Part shown: in pieces, positions 39,864 through 49,251 of the stretch | Position numbering within the stretch: position 1 is the first letter of the stretch | Layout: every line of letters begins with the position of its first letter | Origin: a bacterium | Lineage (GTDB): Bacteria; UBA8248 | DNA length: 64,000 bases | Reading direction: 5' to 3' | NCBI GenBank assembly: GCA_963692865.2 | Contig: OY843592.1 | Location: 512,001 to 576,000 of the forward strand | Notes under the pieces: generated by a model | The model's database searches: none | The model's input: only the letters and a program-made list of their open reading frames with translations | What the model was told of the DNA's origin: nothing | Program-made: the position numbers and the translations under genes

Positions 39864-40749
39864 CGTCGTGGCTTACGTCTGCTACGTGAACGGCGAATAC
39901 GTGAAGGCCGAAGAAGCGAAGGTCTCCGCCTTCGATCACGGGTTTCTCTACGGGGACGGCCTGTTCGAGTCCATGACGGTCGTGAGCCGGCGCATCTTCC
40001 GGTTTCAGGACCATCTCGACCGCATGGAGCGCTCCGCGCGCGCGCTCAAGCTCGAACTGCCCGAATCGCGGGAGCGGATTGCCGAGATCGTCAAGGAGTG
40101 CGTCCGAAGGTCGGATGTGAGCGACGTGTATCTCCGCGTCGTCATATCGCGCGGCGCGGGCTATCCCCTGCTGGACCACAGGGTGGTGGATAAGGCGACG
40201 CTCGCCGTGCTCCTGCACGACCCGGCGCCTCCGCCCGAGACGGGTTCGAGCTACAAGGCGAAGGGAGCGGGCCTTCGGCTCAAGACGGCGGGGGTGCGCA
40301 AGGTTCCGTCCGAATCCTTCGAGGCGCGCGTGAAATCGCTCAATTACTTGAACAACGTGATGGCGAGGATCGAGGCCGTGGAAGCAGGGTTCGATGAGGC
40401 CATCCTGCTGGACACGCGCGGCTTCGTGGCGGAAGCGCCCGGAGAGAACGTCTTCGTCGTGAAAGACGGCGGCTTGAAAACGCCCAGGGCGCACAACGTG
40501 CTCGACGGCATCACGCGAAAAGTCGTACTCGAACTCGCCGCCGGGGCAGGAATTCCGGCGGAAGAGGCGGACCTCACGCTCTATGACCTCTACACGGCGG
40601 ACGAGTGTTTTCTCACCTCTTCATTCAGCCGCGTGCACGCCGTGGCCGAGGTGGACGGACGGCCCATCCCGGCGCCCGGGCCGATTACGAACCGGCTGCG
40701 CGCCGATATCCTGGAAATGGAGAGAACGCAGGGCGAGCCGATAGACTGA
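39856..40749 (+). CDS. class IV PLP aminotransferase (IlvE-like)
   Basis: DHGFLYGDGLFE, HLDR, KSLNYLNN, EAPGEN, LDGITR, ADECFLT. Confidence 0.93.
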   Translation: MDSVVAYVCYVNGEYVKAEEAKVSAFDHGFLYGDGLFESMTVVSRRIFRFQDHLDRMERSARALKLELPESRERIAEIVKECVRRSDVSDVYLRVVISRGAGYPLLDHRVVDKATLAVLLHDPAPPPETGSSYKAKGAGLRLKTAGVRKVPSESFEARVKSLNYLNNVMARIEAVEAGFDEAILLDTRGFVAEAPGENVFVVKDGGLKTPRAHNVLDGITRKVVLELAAGAGIPAEEADLTLYDLYTADECFLTSSFSRVHAVAEVDGRPIPAPGPITNRLRADILEMERTQGEPID

Positions 40750-40789
40750 AACGCGCGTCCCCGTTCCGCCGAGGGGGCAAACCGCCCCG

Positions 40790-41087
40790 GGGCCCGGTTG
40801 AAAAAGTCCCGTCGGAGGGTTGGGGGTGTAGGGACAGGCCTCCGTGCCTGTCCTCATCGGGGTGAATATGATCGCCGGGCGGGCACGGGGGCCCGCCCCT
40901 ACGGTCGCCATTTTGTTGTTTTGATTGTATGCGACCCCTACACGCCCCTCGCCTTTGCGGAAGGGGTACCGCCCTTCGATAGAAACGCTCCTTTCTCAGT
41001 CGCGTTTGACCTTCGGCGGCTACTCAGGGTGAGGAAAGAAGCGTCGTCGGTTTGCAGAGGGCACAGACGGGGGCTTTTCAACAACCC
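40790..41087. repeat. MITE-like element with nested REP palindromes
   Basis: GTTGAAAAAGTCC...CTTTTCAACAACCC enclosing GTAGGGACAGGCCTCCGTGCCTGTCC and other palindromes. Confidence 0.7.
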
Positions 41088-41109
41088 ATGAAAGAGGAGA
41101 AATAGACAA

Positions 41110-41445
41110 GTGGCGACGATGGAGGATTTCGAGGGGCTGGACATCCGCCTGGGGCGGGTGGTCGAAGCGGCGGATTTCCCCGAGGCGAGGAAACCGGCCT
41201 ACAAGCTATGGATCGATTTCGGCGAGGCGCTGGGGGTCAGGAAATCCTCCGCCCAGCTCACGGCGCTCTATTCCAAGGAAGAACTCCAGGGAAAACTCGT
41301 GCTCGCCGTGGTGAATTTCCCCCCGAGGCAGATCGGCCCCTTCATGTCCGAAGTCCTGACGCTCGGCGTGCCCGACGCAGAGGGCGAGGTAGTGCTCATC
41401 GCGCCGGATGAGAAGGGCGCCGTGCTCGGCGGACGGTTGTTTTAG
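41110..41445 (+). CDS. csaA: CsaA / tRNA-binding OB-fold protein
   Basis: DIRLG, FPEARKPAYKL.IDFG, SSAQLT, VVNFPPRQIGPFMSEVL.LG. Confidence 0.92.
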   Translation: MATMEDFEGLDIRLGRVVEAADFPEARKPAYKLWIDFGEALGVRKSSAQLTALYSKEELQGKLVLAVVNFPPRQIGPFMSEVLTLGVPDAEGEVVLIAPDEKGAVLGGRLF

Positions 41446-41475
41446 GTCGAATCGGAAAAAGTGCGCTCTTAAAAT

Positions 41476-41712
41476 TACTCCCCCCTTGAGGGGGCTGTTG
41501 AAAAACCCATCCCTCTCGCATCAACCACGTTTTACCCGTAGGGGTCGCATATCATGCGACCCTGATTTTCGCCTTTACAAGGCGGGCCGCATGATATGCG
41601 GCCCCTACAAAAACCGTTCCTCCCCGGTCGCGTAAAACACTCGTTCATCAGGACTTTTTCAACAATTCCGATGAAAAAGGGTTCGCGCAGGGACAGGTCC
41701 CTGCGCCTGTCC
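41476..41712. repeat. MITE-like element next to a CCCCCCTTGAGGGG palindrome
   Basis: GGCTGTTGAAAAA...TTTTTCAACA. The interior is a close inverted copy of 56673-56856. Confidence 0.8.
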
Positions 41713-41764
41713 TTATAGAGGATTACTACTCGGGGCCGCAAAACCCTCATCCCTCCTTCAACGA

Positions 41765-42754
41765 TTATTTCCCGGCCCGGCGGAGGGCTGTCGCATCCGA
41801 CCGCGCCGGGGTTTCCGTTACGACCGTGACGCGGATCGCATAATGATCCGAACCGAATGGGCCGCGTCTCTCGGCGATCAACTTGCTCGCCTCGTCGAAA
41901 AACGGTCCCGCCGCGTAGATGTTGTCAATCGGACTGGCGGCGTATTTGGCCTTAACCTTCCCGCAACGACTCTTGCCCTTTTCCGTATAGCTCCTTCCCA
42001 GCCCGACGGTCAGGTTCCGCATGGCGAGACCTCGCACGAGGCCGCTGCTCAAGATGGCGTGGGTTTGATCGTATTGAACACATCGGCCTTGCTTCGGGCA
42101 GCGATGATCGATGTCCACGCCGACCTTCTGGACGTCACCCGGAGCTACGTTGAAATCGCCTGCCACCAGGTAGGAGTAGTCGCTGCGCTTCCGTCTGTCT
42201 TTCACAATCTTCTTGGCAAGGGCGGCGGCCACGTTCTCACGCTTGCAGGAGTTCTCCTCATCACAGCTTCCCATCTTTCCCACCGAGGATTTGAGATGCA
42301 CGGCCGCGACGGCGAGCCTGAGCGCGCGAATCTCAGCCCACAGCCAGCCACGCGCGGGCTTGCGGCATCGTTGATCCCCCGAAGCGAACGAGGACATATC
42401 TTTCGCGTCGGCGTCCTTATAGGGATCGAACACGCGCGCATTGCCGATCTTGCGAGGGGAGAGAATCGCAACCTGAAGCGATCCTCCCCTAGAAAAATCC
42501 GAGAGTCTCATATTCCAATGCGAAATGCCCGCCTCCCGCATCAATCTTCGCACCTGTTTTTCGCGGAGGACTTCCTGAAGAACCAAAACTTTGGGGTTCA
42601 CTTTCCGTAGATATTCACCGAAACCGGCGAGATCTGTTCCTTTAAGTTTATTTGCATTCCAAGTCATGACGGTCAGGGATGCGGATTGAACCGGCGGCGC
42701 GCAAACCATCACCGCCGCCGCCAATATGGCGGCGGAAAAACAGAATTTTCTCAT
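41765..42754 (-). CDS. secreted endonuclease/exonuclease/phosphatase (EEP) family protein
   Basis: Signal peptide, MTWN, LQEV, VHLKS, AGDFN, IDNI, GSDHY. Confidence 0.85.
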   Translation of the reverse strand: MRKFCFSAAILAAAVMVCAPPVQSASLTVMTWNANKLKGTDLAGFGEYLRKVNPKVLVLQEVLREKQVRRLMREAGISHWNMRLSDFSRGGSLQVAILSPRKIGNARVFDPYKDADAKDMSSFASGDQRCRKPARGWLWAEIRALRLAVAAVHLKSSVGKMGSCDEENSCKRENVAAALAKKIVKDRRKRSDYSYLVAGDFNVAPGDVQKVGVDIDHRCPKQGRCVQYDQTHAILSSGLVRGLAMRNLTVGLGRSYTEKGKSRCGKVKAKYAASPIDNIYAAGPFFDEASKLIAERRGPFGSDHYAIRVTVVTETPARSDATALRRAGK

Positions 42755-42858
42755 GTTCGGGTCCTCAGCAGAGGGCTTGACGGCCCTCCGTCGATATGTG
42801 TTTACGCTCCTCTATTTATAGAACGCACCTCGTGATTTTCGTTTATATGGCGTGACGC

Positions 42859-43752
42859 TTAACTCAAATCGGGCCGCTCCTCGTCCTGGTAGTGCGCGAG
42901 TCCCTTGGGCGCCGTGCCGTTGTTGCGCAGGACGTGCATGGGCGCGGGCGTGAGGGGCTTCCACTGGGTCTCCTCGGGGGGTTCGGGCCACTCGTGCGGG
43001 AGATGGCGGTAGGCGTTCGGGCCTTGGGCTTCCTCCAGATGCGCGCATACGTCGTCGCACACCGCGCGCTGGCCGATTCTATCGCCCACGTCTCCGAGCA
43101 TGCGCCCGAAGGGATACTGGATGAAGACCGCCCTCGGCACGCAGACCTTCTCCGATACTTCCGGCTGGTTACATATCGAGACGGTGGCGATTCCCAACTC
43201 TTCCAATCTTCTTTGCAGCAGGCTCACGGACCGCATGCAAAGCGGTCAGACGGGGATGAGAAAGGCCGCGTCCACGCCCTCCGCGCGCATCTTCTCGGCC
43301 ATGAGGGGGGCCGTCTTCTTCATCAGGGGGTGGAAGTTGGGCGTATAGCCCATGGTGGAGTAGAGGGTGTCGGCGAGCGCGCCGATCTTCCCCTCGCGCT
43401 CGTAGTCCAGGAAGATATCCACCGGGAACGAGACGTTCCGGTCGCGCTTCAAGTACTCGGTGTTGATGTGCAGGTGCGAGTATTCGCAATCGTCCTGGGC
43501 GGCTGTTTTCGGAATCTCGCGGTGGGTGGGGTCGCCCCAGTGCGGCTCGCGCCATTCGCGCTCATAGTCGAAGGAGACGTCTCCTTTCATGAATATGCCC
43601 GCCGTGGAGACGAGGGTGACCTTGCATTCTGAAAGTGGTTTTCCCAGCGGCGTCCAGGGCGTTTTCGCCGGGTCGGCGGGCCGCATGGCGTCGATGCGCG
43701 TTTTGCTGCCGGGGTAATAGACGTATCCGTCTACTTCCGTGATCGGTGACAT
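42859..43752 (-). CDS. GrdB/PrdB-like reductase selenoprotein B family protein (UxxC, predicted Sec at codon 169)
   Basis: ATG 43752 after AAGGAG, with LVSTAGI, DRNVSFP and GVDAAFLIPV-TGA-PLCMRSVSLLQR.LE..GIATV...PRA....PFG.MLG in one frame. A hairpin follows the TGA at 43246-43248. Confidence 0.92.
43211..43242 (-). promoter_or_regulatory. Putative SECIS element
   Basis: mRNA CUUUGCA...UGCAAAG 7-bp lower stem with an imperfect upper stem closing a CGU loop (G at +19). Confidence 0.68.
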
Positions 43753-43774
43753 GGGGTCTTGCTCCTTTACTGAA

Positions 43775-44605
43775 TCAATAATTCGTAAACAGAACGCACA
43801 GGAGTTCATTCGCCAGCTTCGCGTCGCCTTCGATCGTAAGGCGGCCGGCGGCCTCCATGGCGCTGCGCTTCGCGCGCCCGTAGAGCAAGAGGAAGTGCGC
43901 CTCGCCGTCCGCAGTGATCACGGCGTCGTGCGTGCCGGACGTGTGGGCGGACTCCTCCGCCTTCTCGCCGGCGACGGCGAGCGTCCACGCACGATCGGGC
44001 GTCGTGGAGCGGAACAGGAAACGGCCGGCGAAGGGCGGGTTCTCGCGGACGCCGAACAGGCGGCTCTGGCTCGCGGGGAGAAAACTCATGACGCCCTCCA
44101 CGCCCTCTTCGGAGACGCAGGCCTCCGCGTCCTCGCCGTAGCGGACGTCCCAATCGTGCGCCACGAGTTCGACGAGCCTGAGCCCGATCCAGGCGTCGAG
44201 CCGCGTCAGCCCGCGGGGATGAAAGCCGAGCTTGCCGAGATCGTCCGTGGCGATGTCCGCGAGCGCGTCGTTCACCTGGGAGGCCGTGGCGTCGAACGCG
44301 TCCATCATCTCTTCCCTCGGCAGGGCCATGAGTTCCTCGCCCCTGGCGGCGCGGATGGCGAAAAACTCCTTCGTGTTGCTCCCGTAGGGGGGTTCCGGCG
44401 GCAGGCCTTCCAGGGCGCGGCGGATCGAGTTCGTGTAAAAATCGGCCCCCGTCGCCAAGTGGGAGACGGCGTGCCGCGCCCGCCAGCCGGGACAGTAGGT
44501 GTCCACCTCCCAGCGCGCGTCCGAAAAGGCGCGCCAGCAGGCCGAGAGGCGTTCGGTTTCGGTTTTCACCAGGGCGACTCGGGAAAGTTGTTCTTCAGGA
44601 CTCAC
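43775..44605 (-). CDS. maleylpyruvate isomerase (MDMPI)/DinB superfamily protein
   Basis: TYCPGW....VSHL and ELVAHDWDV metal motifs, plus an SCP2-like tail LLLYGR...GRLTIEGD. Confidence 0.82.
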   Translation of the reverse strand: MSPEEQLSRVALVKTETERLSACWRAFSDARWEVDTYCPGWRARHAVSHLATGADFYTNSIRRALEGLPPEPPYGSNTKEFFAIRAARGEELMALPREEMMDAFDATASQVNDALADIATDDLGKLGFHPRGLTRLDAWIGLRLVELVAHDWDVRYGEDAEACVSEEGVEGVMSFLPASQSRLFGVRENPPFAGRFLFRSTTPDRAWTLAVAGEKAEESAHTSGTHDAVITADGEAHFLLLYGRAKRSAMEAAGRLTIEGDAKLANELLCVLFTNY

Positions 44606-44714
44606 GTGGGCGTCCTCCGTCTCGCGGGTTCGCGATTCGTCTTTGAAAAAGAAAGCCCCATCTCATGAACGGGGAGAGGCTTCAAGTATTGCGAAACCGG
44701 GGGCCGCCTGCAAG

Positions 44715-45146
44715 GGGCCGTTGAAAAAGCTTCGTGGCAGGGCAAAGGCAACCCCCTTGAGGGGAAGACCTCATAAAGGCAACCCCCCTACCCCCCTTGT
44801 CAGGGCTGTTGAAAAACCCGGCCCCGCTTGGTCGAACCCTCATTCACCAATCTGATTCGACCTTCCTCACCGGTCGGAATCGACCACCGTCGTCATTCCG
44901 GCGAAAGCCGGAATCCATTTTGACTTTTCACCGGGCGGAGCGGCCACGACTTCGTTGCCGCGCAACGCCTGAATGCGGTATCCGCGCAGAGGGAATGACG
45001 GTGCGTGGTCGACTACATCGGTGGATGAAAATGGATTCCGGCTTTCGCCGGAATGACGATCAAAAGCAAAGAGCAAAACCACTTTCCCGCATCGGATGGC
45101 GCTCTTTGGGACATCATTCCCCCGGAGGACTTTTTCAACAACCCCG
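44715..45146. repeat. MITE-like element of about 340 bp with ATTCCGGC-type palindromes
   Basis: GGGCTGTTGAAAAACCC...TTTTTCAACAACCCC. The interior is homologous to 59774-60136. Confidence 0.75.
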
Positions 45147-45263
45147 CAAGGGCCGCAAGCTGGCGGGGCGGGGGGGAGTTCTGCTAGGTTATGGCCTCGT
45201 GTCGAGGAGCGAGGCGAGGCGGAACCTCACGAAAGCGCTTCTCTTTTCAGGAGACGAAAACCC

Positions 45264-46589
45264 ATGTCCCCGTTGATGGTGGTCGCGGACGCCGAGGGCA
45301 ACCTGTTCGAACACCCCGAGTTCGAGATGGTGGGCGCGCAGGGGGCCGAACCCGTGGCGCCCGAGCCCGAGGAACTCTCCCCCCTGCCGGAGGGGAGCAG
45401 GTTCTTCACCCTCCCGGACAGCACGCCCGTGGGCGGCGACCCCGAAGAGGACGCGCTCGTGAGCGTCGAGGAAGCGGACTGGGGCGACGGGCCGGCCGCG
45501 TTGCAGGCCGCCTGCACGTTTCCCGCGCCCGGGTGGATGCGCACCCTGCTCCCCTTCGCCGAGAGAGACTCAAGCGCGCCCGTCCTTCCGCTTTGGGCCT
45601 ACACCGCATTGGGGTTCGATGAGGAGAGCGGCGGGTTCGTCTGCGCCGCCGTGCGCGTGGACGACTGCCCGCGCTGGGAGCCCGAGGAATACGACGACAC
45701 CGGCCTGCCCGGGCGGATCGAGCGGATGCGCGACGCCCACCCCGGAAACCGGATGATCCCCCACCTCGCGCGCTGCGCGAGCGAGTTCCACTGCTTCGCG
45801 GCGAAAAACTTCTTCGCCCGCCGCTGGGAGATGGGCCTCCCCATCGCCCCGCTTTGCAACGCGGACTGCCGGGGGTGCATCTCGCTCCAGACGGACGACC
45901 TCTTCCCGGCGAGCCACCGGCGCATCGAGATCGTCCCCACAGCTGAGGAGCTTTGCGAGATCGCCCTCCCTCATCTCGAAGAGGCGGAGATGACCGTCGC
46001 GAGTTTCGGCCAGGGCTGCGAGGGCGAGCCGCTGCTCCAGGCGGGCGTGATCGAGCGCGCCTGCCGCCTCATCCGCGAGCAGACGGGGCGCGGCACCCTG
46101 CACATGAACACGAACGGCAGCCGGCCCGAGTGGATGCAGCGTCTTAGCAGTGCGGGCCTCGAAAGCATCCGAATCAGCACGAACAGCGCGACGCCCGAGT
46201 GGCACCGCGCCTATTACCGGCCCGAGACGTATGACTTCACCGACGTGGAAGACTGCGTGAAGGCCGCCGTGGACGCAGGCCTCTACACTCAGATCAACTA
46301 CCTGGTCTTCCCCGGCGTCACGGATCTGGAAGCCGAGGTCGAGGCCATGCTCGATTTCGCCGGACGCACGGGCCTGCACGTCATTCAGATGAAGAACCTC
46401 TGCATCGACCCGGCTCTCTACCTCGACACCCTGCCCGACTTAAGCGAGGTGGGCGAGGCGATGGGCATGGCGCGGATTCTTGCCGTCTACCGGGAGGAGT
46501 TGCCCGACGTGGCGGTCCGCTACTTCAACCGGCCCCGGGAGGAATGGCACATCGACCCCGAAGGCTCGAAGGCCGGGGCCGTGCGATGA
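45264..46589 (+). CDS. radical SAM protein, uncharacterised
   Basis: CNADCRGCIS (CxxxCxxC), SFGQGCEGEP, MNTNGS. The stop overlaps the rimO start (ATGA). Confidence 0.88.
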   Translation: MSPLMVVADAEGNLFEHPEFEMVGAQGAEPVAPEPEELSPLPEGSRFFTLPDSTPVGGDPEEDALVSVEEADWGDGPAALQAACTFPAPGWMRTLLPFAERDSSAPVLPLWAYTALGFDEESGGFVCAAVRVDDCPRWEPEEYDDTGLPGRIERMRDAHPGNRMIPHLARCASEFHCFAAKNFFARRWEMGLPIAPLCNADCRGCISLQTDDLFPASHRRIEIVPTAEELCEIALPHLEEAEMTVASFGQGCEGEPLLQAGVIERACRLIREQTGRGTLHMNTNGSRPEWMQRLSSAGLESIRISTNSATPEWHRAYYRPETYDFTDVEDCVKAAVDAGLYTQINYLVFPGVTDLEAEVEAMLDFAGRTGLHVIQMKNLCIDPALYLDTLPDLSEVGEAMGMARILAVYREELPDVAVRYFNRPREEWHIDPEGSKAGAVR

Positions 46590-47995
46590 GCGAGAATCTC
46601 CTGCAAATCAAGCCCATTTCCGAGATGCCCCTCGTGCGGCGCGATGCGCCCGTACCGATGGGGCCGGAAGCGCCCCGGGCCGCGCTCATATCGCTCGGCT
46701 GCGCCAAGAACACCGTGGATTCCGAGATCATGCTCGCCGCGCTCGCGGGGGCGGGCTACCGGCTCGTGAGCGACGCGGAAAACGCGCAGGTCGCCATCGT
46801 CAACACGTGCGGCTTCATCGAGGACGCGAAGCGCGAATCCATCGATACGATCCTGGAAGTCGCTCAACTCAAAGAGGCGGGCGGTCTTGAAACCCTGGTG
46901 GTGGCGGGCTGTCTGGCCGAGCGCTACCGGGGAGAACTCGCGCAGGGCCTGCCCGAGGTGGATCTCTTCATCGGGACGCGCGAGTACGACCGCCTGCCGG
47001 AGCTCTTGAGCGGCGGACGCGGCGGCGCGCGCGAGGCGTTCTCGGACACGCTCATGGACTACGGCAGGAGGCTGCCGCGCATCCTCGCCGAACCGGGCCC
47101 CAGCGCCTATCTGAAAGTAGCCGAGGGCTGCTCGCGGCCCTGCACCTTCTGCGTCATCCCGAGGTTCCGGGGCAGGTTCCGCTCCCGCCCGCTCGACCTG
47201 GTGGTGGAAGAGGCGCGCGCGCTGGCGGAAGCGGACGTGCGCGAGGTGAACCTGCTCGCGCAGGAGATCACGAGCTACGGCGTGGATTTGGGCCTCGGCT
47301 TCTCCCTCGCGCGGCTGCTGGAGGAATTGAACGGCGTGGACGGCTTGAGGTGGATCCGCGTGCTCTACAACTATCCGCGCGGGGTGACGGACGAGCTGCT
47401 CGACGCCTACCGCGACCTGCCCAGGGTATGCGAATACATCGACATGCCGCTCCAGCACGTCGCCACGCCCGTGCTCGCCGCCATGCGGAGGGGGATCGAC
47501 GAGGCGGGCACGCGCGAACTCGTAGCGCGCATCAAGGAGCGCGTGCCCGGCTGCGCGCTCAGGACCACCATGCTCGTCGGCTTTCCTGGGGAGACGGACG
47601 CGGATTTCGAACGCCTGCTTGAGTTCGCGAAAGAGACGCGCTTCGCCCGGCTGGGCGGCTTCGTCTTCTCGCCCGAGGATCGCTCCATCGCGGCCAGGCT
47701 GCCCGATCAGGTGCCCGCCGAAGTCGCGAGCGAGCGCATGGCGCGCCTGCTCGCGCTCCAGGAGCGCATCATGGCCGAGGACAACGAGGCGCTCCTGGGC
47801 GGGGAGACGCAGGTGCTCGTCGAGGGTCTGACGGGCGAGGGACTCCTGCGCGGGCGAACGCGGCTCCAGGCCCCGGAAGTCGACGGCGAGGTATTCCTGC
47901 ATGAGACCGAAGCGGAGCCCGGGGAGATCATCACGTGTGAGATCATCGGCACCGACGGCGTCGACCTTATCGCGCGCGGCGTCGCGGCGGGCTGA
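46586..47995 (+). CDS. rimO: ribosomal protein S12 methylthiotransferase
   Basis: SLGCAKNTVDSE, NTCGFI, GCL, KVAEGCSRPCTFCVIP, YIDMPLQH, VGFPGET, APEVDG TRAM tail. Confidence 0.95.
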   Translation: MSENLLQIKPISEMPLVRRDAPVPMGPEAPRAALISLGCAKNTVDSEIMLAALAGAGYRLVSDAENAQVAIVNTCGFIEDAKRESIDTILEVAQLKEAGGLETLVVAGCLAERYRGELAQGLPEVDLFIGTREYDRLPELLSGGRGGAREAFSDTLMDYGRRLPRILAEPGPSAYLKVAEGCSRPCTFCVIPRFRGRFRSRPLDLVVEEARALAEADVREVNLLAQEITSYGVDLGLGFSLARLLEELNGVDGLRWIRVLYNYPRGVTDELLDAYRDLPRVCEYIDMPLQHVATPVLAAMRRGIDEAGTRELVARIKERVPGCALRTTMLVGFPGETDADFERLLEFAKETRFARLGGFVFSPEDRSIAARLPDQVPAEVASERMARLLALQERIMAEDNEALLGGETQVLVEGLTGEGLLRGRTRLQAPEVDGEVFLHETEAEPGEIITCEIIGTDGVDLIARGVAAG

Positions 47996-48015
47996 AAGAA
48001 GACCAAGGAGAGTAC

Positions 48016-48840
48016 ATGAACGAGACATCCGGCTACGACCCCGAAGCCTTCAGGGAATTCGAGCGCACGGGCTGGAACGGCGCGGCGGGCGAATACGCCG
48101 ATCTGTTCGGCGTCATCACCGCGCAGGCGGTTCCCACCCTGCTGGACGCGGCGGACGCGCGCTTCGGAACGCGCCTGCTCGACCTGGCCTGCGGGACGGG
48201 CGTCGTCTCGGCGGGGGCGCTCATGCGCGGCTGCACTGTGGTGGGAGCGGATTTCGCCGACGACATGCTGGCCGAGGCCGCCCGCCGCTGGCCGGGGGCG
48301 GAGTTCCGGCTCTGCGACGCGGAGGACATGCCCTTCGAGGATGCGCGCTTCGACGCCGTGGTGAGCAACTTCGGTTTCCTCCACTTCCCGTACCCGGAAG
48401 TCGCGCTGGCCGAGGCGGCGCGCGTGCTCAAGTCCGGCGGAAAACTCGCCTTCACCGCCTGGACGCACGACGCGGGCCACCGCGCCCTGATGACGCGGGC
48501 CATCCAGGAGCACGGCGACCCGGACGTCCCCGTCGTGGCCGGCCCGCCCGAGCCTTTCCTGGAAGACGATGGAAGATGCGCGCGCGCCATGGAGGCGGCT
48601 GGCTTCACCGCGCCCGAGATCGTGGAGGTCACCCTCTACATGGAGGCGGAAGAGCCCGCCCGCATCATCGAGGTGTTCGAGAAATCCACCGTGCGCACGG
48701 CCTCGCGCCTCGCCTCCCAGACGGCGGAAGCGAGGGAGAAGATACGCAAAGCGCTGGTCGATATGCTGCGCGAATACGAGAGCGAGGGAGCCATCGCGGT
48801 GCCCATGCAGGCGCGGCTCATCTCGGCAAGGAAGAAGTAA
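48016..48840 (+). CDS. class I SAM-dependent methyltransferase
   Basis: LLDLACGTG, DAEDMPFED..FD, RVLKSGG. Confidence 0.9.
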   Translation: MNETSGYDPEAFREFERTGWNGAAGEYADLFGVITAQAVPTLLDAADARFGTRLLDLACGTGVVSAGALMRGCTVVGADFADDMLAEAARRWPGAEFRLCDAEDMPFEDARFDAVVSNFGFLHFPYPEVALAEAARVLKSGGKLAFTAWTHDAGHRALMTRAIQEHGDPDVPVVAGPPEPFLEDDGRCARAMEAAGFTAPEIVEVTLYMEAEEPARIIEVFEKSTVRTASRLASQTAEAREKIRKALVDMLREYESEGAIAVPMQARLISARKK

Positions 48841-48864
48841 GGCGGGCGTTCACGGGCGCATGAA

Positions 48865-49030
48865 GCAGGGACAGGTCGCGACCTGTCCTTGCAGGTTCAA
48901 ATCCAACTGAGAAAAGGAACAATCCCGGCAGTCGAAAAAATCCCCTTGCCGGGGAGTAAAGGCACCCCCCCTACCCCCCCTTGTCAACCGGGAACCACTC
49001 CCCCCTTGAGGGGGTTGTTGAAAAACCCTG
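48865..49030. repeat. REP-like palindromes and a solo MITE end
   Basis: AGGGACAGGTCGCGACCTGTCCT, CCCCCCTACCCCCCTTGTCA and CACTCCCCCCTTGAGGGGTTGTTGAAAAA. Confidence 0.6.
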
Positions 49031-49251
49031 CAATGCCGGAATGACGAGCAAAAGCGCGTTCAGCACGCCTTCCCTCATTGCTCGCGCGAAACCTTCGCCT
49101 CCGGCGCGAGCCCGCGAGGGCGGGTTCTGAATTGCGCGCAGGGGTCGACCATGCCATAATCGCCGCACAAAACAGATTCAGAAGACCAGTATTGCAGGGA
49201 TGCGAACGTCCCTGGAGTTCATCTTCCATCACGGGAAAAAGGAGCACTGTT

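Noticed and set aside
9867-43752. Reading the three TGA-split genes as pseudogenes or as six small genes
   Set aside because: Each TGA falls exactly in a CxxU/UxxC motif and has a hairpin at the expected distance, and the downstream halves lack their own RBS.
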